Positions 19,777-30,619 of a stretch of DNA of 64,000 nucleotides are shown one piece after another; positions within the stretch are counted from its first letter, which is position 1, and every line of letters starts with the position of its first letter. Source of the stretch: a virus (taxonomy: Duplodnaviria > Caudoviricetes); IMG/VR virus record IMGVR_UViG_3300031555_004294, positions 32,001 through 96,000 of that record. One strand, written 5' to 3'. The translations under genes and the position numbers were made by a program. The notes under the pieces are model-generated. The model saw only the letters and a program-made list of their open reading frames with translations, was not told the origin of the DNA and ran no database searches.

Positions 19777-20640
19777 ATGTTAAGACATGATCCACAAAAT
19801 GTTGTAGTCTTTAATAATAATGGCGGACCTGCTAGCAATAAAAGTTTCTTTAATGGTTCTTACAATACAATGAACTTAGACTTCGATCCTCTAGTAACTG
19901 GTTATTCCTTCTTTAAATGGGTCGTTGTTCCTACTTGGATTACAGATACATTTGCTGATTTCCAAGCTATGACTGAAAAGAACTTCTTAACTGGCTTCTC
20001 ACTTGCTGATATGGAACTACAGACAACTGATATTACTCATGGTTTTGCAGCAAATACTTATAACGTTGCTTCTAACATCCAGAAGGGTAATAATGAATTC
20101 TCTATCACTCACAGAGAATTCTCTGGTTCTCCCATTCGTAATATGTATCAGTACTGGGTATCTGGTATCCGTGATCCTGAGACTGGTATTGCTACCTATC
20201 CTCGTGTTCATGGTGTTGACTACTCTGCCAAGAACCATACTGGTGAGCTTGTTTACATTGTAACTCGTCCTGACGCAGATAACGTTGGTAGACCTAACAT
20301 TGAGTTTGCTTGCTACTACACTGCAGTTATGCCTACTAAGATTCAGCTTTCTCAGTTTGCATTTACACATGGTACTCATGATGCTGTAGAATATGAACAA
20401 AACTTCCGTGGCGTATTCCATATGTCTAGTAAAGTTGATGCTTTTGCTAAGCAAGTTTTAGCTGAAAAGGTTTATGGCTTTATGGAAATGGGTGAATTTG
20501 ATCCCAAGAATCCTGACATGGGTTATAAAACTATGAAAGATACATATTCTGCTAATTATGGTAAGAGTATGATTGGTAATTATGGTGCTACTTCTCTGTT
20601 AGATAAAGAACTTGGCGGTTCTGCTAAGAACTATGTCTAA
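19777..20640 (+). CDS. Tail tube protein
   Basis: Immediately follows the sheath; 287 aa; EFSGSPIRNMYQYWVSGIRDPETG typical of jumbo-phage tube proteins. Confidence 0.75.
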   Translation: MLRHDPQNVVVFNNNGGPASNKSFFNGSYNTMNLDFDPLVTGYSFFKWVVVPTWITDTFADFQAMTEKNFLTGFSLADMELQTTDITHGFAANTYNVASNIQKGNNEFSITHREFSGSPIRNMYQYWVSGIRDPETGIATYPRVHGVDYSAKNHTGELVYIVTRPDADNVGRPNIEFACYYTAVMPTKIQLSQFAFTHGTHDAVEYEQNFRGVFHMSSKVDAFAKQVLAEKVYGFMEMGEFDPKNPDMGYKTMKDTYSANYGKSMIGNYGATSLLDKELGGSAKNYV

Positions 20641-20651
20641 TTTTTAATAAA

Positions 20652-20697
20652 AATGACAAGAATACCTTTACGGTATTCTTGTCATTTAATTTTTTAT
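20652..20697. terminator. Bidirectional terminator between tube and portal
   Basis: AATGACAAGAATACC / GGTATTCTTGTCATT stem flanked by A and T tracts. Confidence 0.75.
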
Positions 20698-23201
20698 AGA
20701 CCACCAAAATCAGAAGTTCCACCATCATCGCCACTCATAGAAGCGTTCTTAATGGAAGTTTCAGTTTTATTAATCTTAGCTTTTTCTAAGAGTTTTTCAT
20801 ACTTATCCCATTCAAATGTGCTTAACAAGTCTTTTGTTAGTTCACGTTTAAATTCAGTTGATAGTTCTGCATCATTAGGATCTACTAATGTCTGGGTTAC
20901 AAAATCTATAATATCTCTAGAGTTTGTAATACGTTCAGTAATGGTAGTCATATTTAATGCTTGAGGGGGTGGGAATTTAACAGTTAGAGAATCTAAGTCA
21001 AAATAAGTATCTTCTAACAGACTCTTATCCTTAGCTACCTTATTTCTTTCCTTTTCAGTATCAACTAAAATTGTCTCATCATTTTCTCTACTATTGAGTT
21101 TCTTAAGATCTCTTTGTTTCTTTTTCAAGTCATAATCATTAAGATACTCATTTTTATAAAGTAAACGGAACATTTTAGTAAACTGATCTCCAAACATTGT
21201 CTGGAAAACAAGGATAGAACGAACAAATTTACCATTCATCATTCCGAGAGATCTAGCAAATTCTGTCTGTTCGGAATAACTAAGGAATTCTGGAGGAATA
21301 CCTATACCAGAAATCATAGCTTTTAATAAGTAATCTAAGAAATCATTTGTTATTTCGACGTTCATCCCAGGTATAGTGTCTATTTCAACAGGTTTTTGAC
21401 CCTCTACTACAGGAATGTAATAATCTTGGAAAGTTCCTATAGCTTGTAGTAACGTGTTAATGTCTCCACCAAAATTACTCATTTTGATATCTTTCGTCTT
21501 GATATCTCTCATAAACTGTTGAACTACAGCTTCTGTATCATTATCAAGATCGACTTCCACATAAAATGCTCTCTTTTCAGGCGATCTTACTAGTCTTAAC
21601 ATTACTTGTGAAGTTAAGACTGCTAAATAAAGTTTAGCAGAGAATAATACATTCTTGAATAAGCTGTCATAGTAATCTCCAGAACCACTACCAAAATGTA
21701 TAACTTCGTTAGGTCTTAAATATACCATACGAATTTGCTTATTCAGTAGATAGTTTTGCTTAAGTAACTCATAAACTGTATTTTTAAATTCTGGATGCTT
21801 ATTGATGAATTTTTTATCAATACGCTTTGCCATATTTTTAACAAAGATATCAGTAATCAGTCTATACTTAGCATTAATTATATCTGGCTTGTCATTTGCT
21901 TGAGACTTAAAAGAAGTGAAAATATTAGAAGACATACTGTATGAACCAGTAGTTAACATATCAGCATTATTTTCTAAGTTTTCAATGTAATAGTAACCAT
22001 ACTCAAAATCATCCAGTACCAACTTAATAGTTCTTTCTGGCTTTAATATTTTCAATACAGAACCACCGACTCTAATATCATCAGTCTTTTTAGTCTTATT
22101 ATAGGGATTTAGATTCTTTCTATCTTCACTATCTTGATTCTGGAAGTTATTGAATAATTCCTTTTTACTAGCATAACCAAATTGTTTTGAGATTTCTACA
22201 TTATCTTCTAACAAACAAGATGAATCTTCAGAAAAGACAAAATTATTGTTCAAGATTTCTGCTATATCATGAGAAAACTTTTGTTTGGTCTCATTGAATA
22301 ATTTTACCTCTTCGTTATAGATGGCTAGATCGGCCTGATATGATTCATTTAAATTTTTCTTATCCTTATAATCTGATGGTACTGGTTTCTTTGCAGGTAC
22401 TTTAACGTTACTTATATCAAAGATTTCTGACAATTGTAAGATGTCATCATTAGATAACTCAATTTCAGATTCAGCTAATGGTTTAAATGTAGAACTTTCT
22501 TTAAGACTACTATCTTCAGATAGCATTACCTTAGAAATTTCGTCATTTAGTTTTAATACTGCAACAAATTGATCTCCTAATACTAATGTATCTCTTATGA
22601 TATTTTTAGTGTGTTTATTTATATTGTACTTCTCAATTAAGGTCTTACAATTTTTTATGATATTTGTATTTTCCTTGTCTTCTTTAACCATTGATGTAAT
22701 AACATCATCTAGATAAATTAAAAAAGTATCTTTTGTAAAGTCATCAGGAGACATAATATTGTCAACATACGTATTTATTGCCTGACTCATCTGAGGGATG
22801 TTATCATAAATTAACTGATAACTGCTGTATAACTGAAATCTACCAGATTCTTGGCTGAAAAGCTCATTCATAGAATAAATGTCGTTTTCATTAGCCATTT
22901 GTTCTATGCTTCTTAGTTGTTTTTTTGCTTCTTCTACACTAGCACTTTTACTAGGACGTCCTATGCCAGATGAATTTTTCATGTTTACTGCATTGAAAAA
23001 CTCTATGATGTCATCGCCTGTGGATTTCTTATATTTATACATGACACTGTCAACAAAATTTTTTATATCAGCAATGTCTTGAACGTTAGAATCTCCGAAT
23101 TTTTCAGTGGTCCCATATAATTCAGAAGTTGATAGTTTAGATACTACGCGAAATTGATCTAACTTATCTTTCATGGTTAATTCTTTCTTCTTATCGGCCA
23201 T
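20694..23201 (-). CDS. Portal protein (T4 gp20-like)
   Basis: RLVRSPEKRAFYVEV, DYYIP, EIDTIPG, IGIPPEFL portal motifs; late motif at 23234-23245. Confidence 0.88.
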   Translation of the reverse strand: MADKKKELTMKDKLDQFRVVSKLSTSELYGTTEKFGDSNVQDIADIKNFVDSVMYKYKKSTGDDIIEFFNAVNMKNSSGIGRPSKSASVEEAKKQLRSIEQMANENDIYSMNELFSQESGRFQLYSSYQLIYDNIPQMSQAINTYVDNIMSPDDFTKDTFLIYLDDVITSMVKEDKENTNIIKNCKTLIEKYNINKHTKNIIRDTLVLGDQFVAVLKLNDEISKVMLSEDSSLKESSTFKPLAESEIELSNDDILQLSEIFDISNVKVPAKKPVPSDYKDKKNLNESYQADLAIYNEEVKLFNETKQKFSHDIAEILNNNFVFSEDSSCLLEDNVEISKQFGYASKKELFNNFQNQDSEDRKNLNPYNKTKKTDDIRVGGSVLKILKPERTIKLVLDDFEYGYYYIENLENNADMLTTGSYSMSSNIFTSFKSQANDKPDIINAKYRLITDIFVKNMAKRIDKKFINKHPEFKNTVYELLKQNYLLNKQIRMVYLRPNEVIHFGSGSGDYYDSLFKNVLFSAKLYLAVLTSQVMLRLVRSPEKRAFYVEVDLDNDTEAVVQQFMRDIKTKDIKMSNFGGDINTLLQAIGTFQDYYIPVVEGQKPVEIDTIPGMNVEITNDFLDYLLKAMISGIGIPPEFLSYSEQTEFARSLGMMNGKFVRSILVFQTMFGDQFTKMFRLLYKNEYLNDYDLKKKQRDLKKLNSRENDETILVDTEKERNKVAKDKSLLEDTYFDLDSLTVKFPPPQALNMTTITERITNSRDIIDFVTQTLVDPNDAELSTEFKRELTKDLLSTFEWDKYEKLLEKAKINKTETSIKNASMSGDDGGTSDFGGL

Positions 23202-23327
23202 AAAAATATTTCCCTTCCTTTCTACTGAAATTTTATTGAATTGTTTTTGTTATAAATTTTTGTAAAAGATTAAAGAAATCTAGAAATATATATTCTAAGT
23301 GTGTAGTAAAGAAGGAGAAATAAACCG

Positions 23328-23615
23328 ATGAAAATAGTACAAAGGAAAAATCTTGAAAAGTATATCGATAAATGTTTTGATGAAATAGCATTAAAGTATG
23401 TTATAATGCATGGTGGCATAATAGAAAATGAAGGTTATCGTATAAAATATTTTAAACTACTTCTTGGCAAAGCTAGGAATTTTGTAATACCTTTTGAAAA
23501 AGGAAAATTTGAATACATCAGCTATAAAGATTGCTTTATAGTTAACCGATCTTACATTAAGCATTACTTAAAGCAAGCTATATTTGATATAGAAATGCAA
23601 ACTTTAAATAACTAA
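23328..23615 (+). CDS. Small hypothetical protein (C-terminal LKQAIFDIEM family)
   Basis: Paralog of the next two ORFs; early motif at 23285. Confidence 0.65.
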   Translation: MKIVQRKNLEKYIDKCFDEIALKYVIMHGGIIENEGYRIKYFKLLLGKARNFVIPFEKGKFEYISYKDCFIVNRSYIKHYLKQAIFDIEMQTLNN

Positions 23616-23633
23616 AAAGGGAAAAATGGTAAT

Positions 23634-23915
23634 ATGATTTTAGAATTAAATGTACATGAATTTGAAGAATTTATTGAGAACTATCTTGAATCACTTAATT
23701 TGAACTATTGCATAGCTAATCTAATTGAATGTAATAGTGGTTTCCATATACGTTTTTATAAGCTATTTACTAGAAAATATCAAACTCTAATATTGGAATT
23801 CAATCATAAAGATTTCAACTATGATCAGAGAAAAAGGATATTCACATTTAACTCAGACGTTTTAGAAAAGAAAATAAAATCCCTAATTTTTTATCATGAA
23901 ATGAAAGGAGAATAA
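23634..23915 (+). CDS. Small hypothetical protein (same family)
   Basis: C-terminal IKSLIFYHEM. Confidence 0.65.
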   Translation: MILELNVHEFEEFIENYLESLNLNYCIANLIECNSGFHIRFYKLFTRKYQTLILEFNHKDFNYDQRKRIFTFNSDVLEKKIKSLIFYHEMKGE

Positions 23916-23917
23916 AG

Positions 23918-24202
23918 TTGGCAGTACTATCAAAAGGATGTTTTGATATTTATATTAAAGGTTTACTTGCAGATTTAAATCCTGATGATGAAAAATGTAT
24001 TTACTTTACTAATACACTTAGCAATTCTTATTTTATAAAGATCACAAACCCATTTAAAGATAAAATTAGTAATAATTTTTTATACTTTGACTATGGAAAC
24101 CTTGAGTACAATATGGAAAAGGAAGAATTTAAATTCAATCCTAAGTTTATCATACATAAACTGAAACAAATCATCTTTAATATAGAAATGGAAAAGTCCT
24201 AA
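23918..24202 (+). CDS. Small hypothetical protein (same family)
   Basis: TTG start after AAAGGAG; C-terminal LKQIIFNIEM. Confidence 0.6.
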   Translation: MAVLSKGCFDIYIKGLLADLNPDDEKCIYFTNTLSNSYFIKITNPFKDKISNNFLYFDYGNLEYNMEKEEFKFNPKFIIHKLKQIIFNIEMEKS

Positions 24203-24256
24203 CATATAAAAAATTTTACGAACCTATAATTAAAAACTTTTTACAGAAGATAAGGA

Positions 24257-24502
24257 GTGTTTAACTATATGGCATCGATTAAAAAAGCATCCGTATTTAG
24301 CGACTTTGCATCAGAAACACAAATTACAGATGAAGACCTTAAAATACCACCAACAGAAGGTGATTTAAAAGATGTACAACAGGTTTTAGATGATTTTAAA
24401 ATTGACGTTTGTGTATTAGATATGAAATTTAATACTAGATTTGCACTACAACGATTTTTAAGAGATCAGATTACAAAAAAATTAAAACGAAAGGGAGAAT
24501 AA
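24257..24502 (+). CDS. Hypothetical protein
   Basis: Short ORF directly upstream of the DNA polymerase gene. Confidence 0.55.
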   Translation: MFNYMASIKKASVFSDFASETQITDEDLKIPPTEGDLKDVQQVLDDFKIDVCVLDMKFNTRFALQRFLRDQITKKLKRKGE

Positions 24503-24505
24503 CTT

Positions 24506-26164
24506 ATGGGATTCCATCAGTTAATAAAAACGGTAAAATGTCAAGACTACGATGATCGAGGAAATAAATTTGACGTTTTAATCAAGGTTTTGAAAGATGA
24601 AGAAACTGGAGAAAAATTTACTGAGATTATTGAAGATCCAGATTTTACCTATTATGTAACCAAAGATGAGTATGAGTTAACAGAACAAGTCAACTATATT
24701 GAAAAAGATAAAGTTAGAGAAGTAACTACATCTTCAAGTAATATTGTAAAATCAGTTGCATATGAAACTGGAAATGAAGAGTTTTTCTGGAAATGTATTA
24801 GGGACAAAAAGTTCAGTCAGTCTAAAGCCGTATTTTTAGACCCTAATGTTCATGGTTCTGATATCGATTTAGAAGACTATTATATTGGAAGACACTATAA
24901 TAAGTATCCAGCTGAAAATTCTAAGAATGCTTTTACAAAAGCGTTTATCGATATTGAAGTTGATTCAATGAAAATTATAGGATTCCCTGAACCAGAAGTT
25001 GCTGAATGCCCTGTTAATGCAATTGCATTCTTCAATGATTCCAATATGACACTATATGGTCTATTTTTAAGAAATCCTGAGAATCCTTTAATTGAAGATT
25101 TTGAAAAGAATAAACTCAAGGAATTTAAAAAGAGAATCAAACAGAAGTATAAAGATAAGGGTTTGGACATTAAGTTAAAGCTAACTTGGTATGATGAAGA
25201 AAATGAGTTAGGTTTGATTAGTGATTTCTTCTATTTGGTTAACTATTTAAAACCTGACTTCTTAGGTGCTTGGAACTTCTGTGGTTTCGACTTTTCGTAC
25301 TTAATGAATAGAATTGTCACGTTAGGAGAAAACCCAAATGACATAATCTGTTCTGAAGATATACCATATAAACAGTGTTATTTAAATAAGGATACTAAAT
25401 CGACAGATTTTGCTGATGACGCTTCTTACATTGCTGTTAGTAGTTATACAAACTATCTTGACCAAATGCTATTATTTGCAGCCTTACGTAAAGGAGCTGG
25501 TAAGCGAGAATCATATTCTTTGGATGCTATTGCATTTGAAGAACTTGGTGAAAACAAGTTGGAATTTAAAGACCCAAATACATCAACTAAGAATTCTGCA
25601 TGGGTTGATTATGAAGAGTTTATTGAATATAACCTGCACGACACGATGCTGTTATATATGCTTGAGAACAAGAATAAAGACTTCAACATGATTTACACTG
25701 TAGCAGCTAAGACTGAAACTCGTATTCAAAAGGCTCTAAAGAAAACTGTCTGTCTAAAAAATCTTGCGAGAAGGTTTTATTATGATAGAGGTTACATCAT
25801 GTCTAACAACCATAACACGAATTATGGTGGAATGAATGAACATGATAAGGTAAGCTTTCGCGGTGCGTTTGTAGCAGATCCTTTGTTAAACAAAGCCTTG
25901 GGAATTATGATAAATGGAATGAGATCAAAATTTGTCTTTGAAAATGTTATTGACTTTGACCTTACATCACTTTATCCTAGTATCATCTTAGCATTTAATG
26001 TAGATGCTACAACGCAAATAGGTAGAATTGAATCCGATTTCTTTGATTCACCAAGACTAATGGATGATATAGTCACGAAAGACTATATAAACATTGGTAA
26101 GACATATTTTGACTTACCTAACGTTACTGATATGTTAAATGTATTAGAAAGTAAAACCGCATAA
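24506..26164 (+). CDS. Family B DNA polymerase, N-terminal subunit (3'-5' exonuclease plus motif A) of a split polymerase
   Basis: ExoI FIDIEV, ExoII WNFCGFDFSY, SYSLDAIA, ExoIII YNLHD, motif A DFDLTSLYPSII; ends before motifs B and C. Confidence 0.88.
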   Translation: MGFHQLIKTVKCQDYDDRGNKFDVLIKVLKDEETGEKFTEIIEDPDFTYYVTKDEYELTEQVNYIEKDKVREVTTSSSNIVKSVAYETGNEEFFWKCIRDKKFSQSKAVFLDPNVHGSDIDLEDYYIGRHYNKYPAENSKNAFTKAFIDIEVDSMKIIGFPEPEVAECPVNAIAFFNDSNMTLYGLFLRNPENPLIEDFEKNKLKEFKKRIKQKYKDKGLDIKLKLTWYDEENELGLISDFFYLVNYLKPDFLGAWNFCGFDFSYLMNRIVTLGENPNDIICSEDIPYKQCYLNKDTKSTDFADDASYIAVSSYTNYLDQMLLFAALRKGAGKRESYSLDAIAFEELGENKLEFKDPNTSTKNSAWVDYEEFIEYNLHDTMLLYMLENKNKDFNMIYTVAAKTETRIQKALKKTVCLKNLARRFYYDRGYIMSNNHNTNYGGMNEHDKVSFRGAFVADPLLNKALGIMINGMRSKFVFENVIDFDLTSLYPSIILAFNVDATTQIGRIESDFFDSPRLMDDIVTKDYINIGKTYFDLPNVTDMLNVLESKTA

Positions 26165-26290
26165 TTGACAGTTTTAACTATATATTTTAAACTTGAAGAA
26201 ATTAAATGTTTTCTTCAAGTTTAAAATTCTTTATTTGACATCTTTAGTAACTTGAATTAATTGACAGGAGGACTTATGAAGTAGCTAATT

Positions 26291-26989
26291 ATGATTAACA
26301 GATTGACAGAATTTATAGCACAAACAAAAGGTATATCAACTAATCGATGGATATACTTCGATCAGGGTCTAAGTTATACTTATGACGGTGATCAATTAGT
26401 ACAAGCAATAACAAATTTTAAAGAAGACAAAAAAGGTGGAGAATTTTTTAGTGATAAAACTTTTAAGATTCAAGTAGACGAATTTAATGATTTTCTAAAG
26501 GAATACAAGAAGTCAATAATCGGAACCAATATTTTAGAAGATAACACTATTGAAATCAAAACAAGTATACCAAATGTCAAGTTAGAATTTAAATGGACAA
26601 ATGCAGATACTCTAAAGTTAGAACAGATTAAAACTTTCTTTAATAGCTTAGTAGCGTCTGATAGTACAAAAATTTTCGATCATAGTTTTTCAAAAGAAGA
26701 AATCTCAAAATTCACATCAGAAAAAAGTAACAGAATTTATACTTTCACAGATAATAGTATCTCCTTCGATAGTATCAGTACAAAGGACATGATGTTGATG
26801 ATTTCAATTTTTCCAAAGTATCTTGGAAAAATACTATCATCTACTAAAGAACTAAACCTAAAAATTTATTCTACTGAGAAAGATTTTATCTATCTAGTTC
26901 ACTTTAATGTCAAAAACATGAATATAGTGACGGATTACTATGGTTTATGTTCAGATCTCATTCCAATAGAGGAAGGAGGTTTGGACTGA
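26291..26989 (+). CDS. Hypothetical protein
   Basis: 232-aa ORF downstream of polB. Confidence 0.65.
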   Translation: MINRLTEFIAQTKGISTNRWIYFDQGLSYTYDGDQLVQAITNFKEDKKGGEFFSDKTFKIQVDEFNDFLKEYKKSIIGTNILEDNTIEIKTSIPNVKLEFKWTNADTLKLEQIKTFFNSLVASDSTKIFDHSFSKEEISKFTSEKSNRIYTFTDNSISFDSISTKDMMLMISIFPKYLGKILSSTKELNLKIYSTEKDFIYLVHFNVKNMNIVTDYYGLCSDLIPIEEGGLD

Positions 26990-27187
26990 TGCCTATCGAA
27001 GTAGAAGTTGATGTAAGCAATGTAAATGAAAACAATAACAATTCCAATAATAGCAACGACAACTAAATAAAACAAATCTCAAAAATAGTGAAATTGTAGT
27101 AAAATACAATTTCACTATTTTTTTTTTATTTTAGTTTTGGATATATATAATTCATTAGATTACAAAAATTAAGGAGGAAAAATTTTC

Positions 27188-29953
27188 ATGAAAATTTTAT
27201 ACTTAAGATTGGTAAATTCAGCAGGTATCTATGCAGGTACAAGTAAGCGAGAAATTGAGATTGATTTTACCAAAGGTAAGAATAATATTGTCATGCTTTT
27301 CGGTGGGAATGGATCGGGTAAAACGACACTAATGAGTTCACTTCATCCTTTCACTGGAACTTGTAATGATGAAAGAGACAAATTCTTTATAGAAGGAAAA
27401 GATGGAGAAAAAGAAATTCATTATTTAGTGGATGATAGAGTCTACATGATTCGACATTATATTTCTGCTAAGAACAAAACTAAATCGTTCATTTCTTTTA
27501 TGGACTACAATGACTACATTTCAAAACCACAAGCAAAAGATGAGCTAGCTGACAAATATGGAAATGAACTTAATGAAAATGGTGGAGTACTTACTTTCAA
27601 AGATCTAGTTGAAATCCATTTAGGCGTTGATGAAGAATTCTTTAAGATTTCTCGTATTGGTTCTAATGTTACTAACTTCATTGATCTATCAACTGCAAAT
27701 CGTAAAAAGTATATTTCAACTTTCTTACCAAACATTGAGGAGTACTTACAACGTTATAAGATTGTCAACGAAAAGTACAAAGCAATGACTAAAGAAATCA
27801 AGTATCTTTCTGATGAGATTTTAAAGTTAGATGATGAAGCTACTTTAAAGCTAGAAAGAACTAGATTAGAAAAACAGTTAGAATCTCTAAGAACGTCTCT
27901 TGAAAAATGTAGTAACCGTATTGCATCTGCTAAGGTAATGGTAACTACTTTGGATAAGGATGGCGTATTAAAGGCAGCTAAGTATGAGAATCCCTACACT
28001 AAAGAGTTGACTTCTTTAGAAACTGAAAGGGTTAAGATTGAGGAATACACAAGCAATTACTCATTAGAACAAACTAAAATAAACATCGAAGCTACTGAGA
28101 AAGAATTAGCAGAACTTGATAATGACATTCTACAGCTCAAGGAAAAAATTGGATTTGATAAGGAAAATCTAGGTACTATTTCCGTTAGTATCAGAACAAA
28201 AAAGAAGCAGATTGATGGTATGTCAGTTCAAGACTTATCTGAACTAAGAGAAATGTTAGATGACAGAGATAACCGAATCAAAAGCTTAAATGAAGAATTG
28301 AGTGGATTTGATATGTCTGTTTTCATCAAAGAAAATATCGATAGTTCTTCTAATGTAGCTCCTGCTATGCGTCGTATCTATTCAGTACTGTCTGAAGAAC
28401 AAAGTAAGATTAGCATAGGAGCTGAATCTATTTTAAGTAAACTTTTCATTTCTAAAGTGATGTCTTGGTCCAAGTTCAATTTTGAAATTGACAGCATGAA
28501 GAAAGCTAAGAAAGAAAAAGAATCTACAAGACAAGATTTAAGAAGTAAACTTACAGTAGCAAACTCTAACAAGAAGTATCTGTCTATCTTAGAAAAAAGG
28601 CCTGTAGATTGTACCGATGATAGTTGTCCTTTCATAGCTAATGCTCTTCAGTACAAAAATGTTGAATCTGAGATTGAGAAGTTAGAAGAAGATATCGAAA
28701 CTGTAACATCTGAGATTGAGAAGTTAGAAGAAGATATCGAAACTTTTGAGTCCGTAAAGAACATTGGAGATCGAATTGAAAGATTGTACAATACAGAAAA
28801 GGGTTGTTTTGAGAGTTTGAATGAAATTTTGAAAGATTTTTCTGTTAACTCATTTGAGGACTTAATGGTATATTTCCTAACTACAACCACTCTAGAAAAG
28901 AGACAAGTATTGTTTAATGGTTCTGAAACTTTAAATTCTTACTTCAACTTTACAACTGAAATTTCAGACTTAGAGAAAGAAAAAGAAACTATCAACGAGA
29001 AGATCAAAGCTAATGAGCAAATTGGTAGTATCTATAAAGATCTGAATGAAGAATTAGATGGACTAAACACTAGATACAATGAAATTAGTGACAATATTAC
29101 TGAACAGAGTAAGACATTAGATCTTTACACTTTCAATAAATCTCAACTTTCCAATAGAATGGATAAACTAAATGAGATTATTGCACAATTTGAAAGAGAA
29201 AAAGAATTCTTAGAAAAGTACAATGAAGTTAAGACCAAATATGAAGATGCTGAAAAGGTATTAAATGAGATTTCTGATCTAGCTGATACTATTGCAGAAG
29301 GTAAAGAAGAAAAAGAGTCTTATAGTAAACAGATTCCTATCATTGAGGAAGCTTTGGACAATGTAAAGTTGAAGATTAACAAGTTGAAGGATTATACTGA
29401 ACGTAAGAAAGTTCTTGATGAAAACTATGAAAAGACAAGTTGGATTAAAGATAGCTTGAATCCTACTAAGGGAATTCCAGTTTACTTTATCGATGACTAT
29501 CTTAACAGAACTAAGTTCATTACAAACAACCTGCTTGACATTTCTCAACATGGTAAGTTCGCTATTGCTTTTGAAGTAACAGATAAAGATTTCTTTATCA
29601 AGGTCTATAAAAATAATGGTGACGTACTGTCTGATATATCTCAAGCTTCTCAGGGAGAGACTGCTCTGACTTCTCTATCCTTATCTTTGGCTTTGATAGA
29701 ACAGTCTATGAAGAAGTATAACATCTTCTTGTTAGATGAATTAGATGGTGCTTTAGACACTGCTAACCGTAGAAGTTTCATTGATATGGTCCAAGCTCAA
29801 ATGAAGATTCTAAACTCTGAGCAAGTATTTATCATCTCACATAACAATGAGTTTGAAAACATACCAGTTGATATGATTCTGTTGAGAGATAACGGTATTG
29901 ATTTGAACAATAAAGAGTTCATGGAAAATAAATCTGTACTTTTTAACGTGTAA
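27188..29953 (+). CDS. sbcC: SbcC/Rad50-like SMC ATPase
   Basis: Walker A GGNGSGKTT, long coiled coil, zinc hook CTDDSCP, signature ASQGE, Walker B LLDELDGALD, ISH. Confidence 0.92.
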   Translation: MKILYLRLVNSAGIYAGTSKREIEIDFTKGKNNIVMLFGGNGSGKTTLMSSLHPFTGTCNDERDKFFIEGKDGEKEIHYLVDDRVYMIRHYISAKNKTKSFISFMDYNDYISKPQAKDELADKYGNELNENGGVLTFKDLVEIHLGVDEEFFKISRIGSNVTNFIDLSTANRKKYISTFLPNIEEYLQRYKIVNEKYKAMTKEIKYLSDEILKLDDEATLKLERTRLEKQLESLRTSLEKCSNRIASAKVMVTTLDKDGVLKAAKYENPYTKELTSLETERVKIEEYTSNYSLEQTKINIEATEKELAELDNDILQLKEKIGFDKENLGTISVSIRTKKKQIDGMSVQDLSELREMLDDRDNRIKSLNEELSGFDMSVFIKENIDSSSNVAPAMRRIYSVLSEEQSKISIGAESILSKLFISKVMSWSKFNFEIDSMKKAKKEKESTRQDLRSKLTVANSNKKYLSILEKRPVDCTDDSCPFIANALQYKNVESEIEKLEEDIETVTSEIEKLEEDIETFESVKNIGDRIERLYNTEKGCFESLNEILKDFSVNSFEDLMVYFLTTTTLEKRQVLFNGSETLNSYFNFTTEISDLEKEKETINEKIKANEQIGSIYKDLNEELDGLNTRYNEISDNITEQSKTLDLYTFNKSQLSNRMDKLNEIIAQFEREKEFLEKYNEVKTKYEDAEKVLNEISDLADTIAEGKEEKESYSKQIPIIEEALDNVKLKINKLKDYTERKKVLDENYEKTSWIKDSLNPTKGIPVYFIDDYLNRTKFITNNLLDISQHGKFAIAFEVTDKDFFIKVYKNNGDVLSDISQASQGETALTSLSLSLALIEQSMKKYNIFLLDELDGALDTANRRSFIDMVQAQMKILNSEQVFIISHNNEFENIPVDMILLRDNGIDLNNKEFMENKSVLFNV
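28666..28744 (+). repeat. Exact 37-nt direct repeat, period 42 nt (two heptads) in the SbcC coiled coil
   Basis: ATCTGAGATTGAGAAGTTAGAAGAAGATATCGAAACT at 28666 and 28708. Confidence 0.9.
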
Positions 29954-30154
29954 AAAACGAACAATAAAATAAATCATCAATAAAATCATATTACATTTCT
30001 TAATCTAAAGATGACAATTTTTATTTCCTTTCTTTAAAAATCAGTTATCTAAAATGAGACTATCTGGAGTAAAATCTAGATAGTCTCATTGACATTTCAA
30101 AACAAAAAATTATAAAATTTGACAACTCTAAAAGAAAGGAGACTTATTAGAGTC

Positions 30155-30619
30155 ATGTTTTTAAGAAACGACAATAATGCAGCATTTACGCTGTCTGAAA
30201 GTATACAATTCAAAGAATTTTTAAGAAATTCTGCAACAAAAGTTGAAAAATTTCTATGTTCCTGCTCTAAATTTGCTAAGAATGCTATTACGAAAGAAAA
30301 ATTTAAACAGATGAAAATCACAGGTTCACTTCCTCAAATTAAGGAACTTTTAGAGCCTGACTGTGTACAAAGTTTCATTCTTGCAGGTAAACATGGTTGT
30401 ACTGTTCTTTTACTTCCTCTAATAGCCGAGTTCTTTAGTTCTTCAGCAGTTACAAATAAAGAAAAAGAAGCTAAAGTAAAACAATTAAGAGATGATCTTA
30501 AAGAAGCAGAGAGAATTACTAAAGAAGAATTTGATGAAGGAATGAAGAAAATAAATGAAACTGGTATAGCTTGTTTCAAAGAAAATATAAATACGGTGAT
30601 TAAACCATACAAATTCTAA
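30155..30619 (+). CDS. Hypothetical protein
   Basis: Likely ATG 30155 downstream of AAGGAG; AACA-N6-TA at 30101. Confidence 0.55.
   Translation: MFLRNDNNAAFTLSESIQFKEFLRNSATKVEKFLCSCSKFAKNAITKEKFKQMKITGSLPQIKELLEPDCVQSFILAGKHGCTVLLLPLIAEFFSSSAVTNKEKEAKVKQLRDDLKEAERITKEEFDEGMKKINETGIACFKENINTVIKPYKF

Noticed and set aside
26164-26290. Second intron explaining the truncated DNA polymerase
   Set aside because: Only an AT-rich hairpin and an early-type motif follow the stop; no P/Q/R/S elements or downstream polymerase exon were found in the window.
26291-26989. Sliding clamp, suggested by size and position after polB
   Set aside because: No recognisable motif; size and synteny alone are insufficient.
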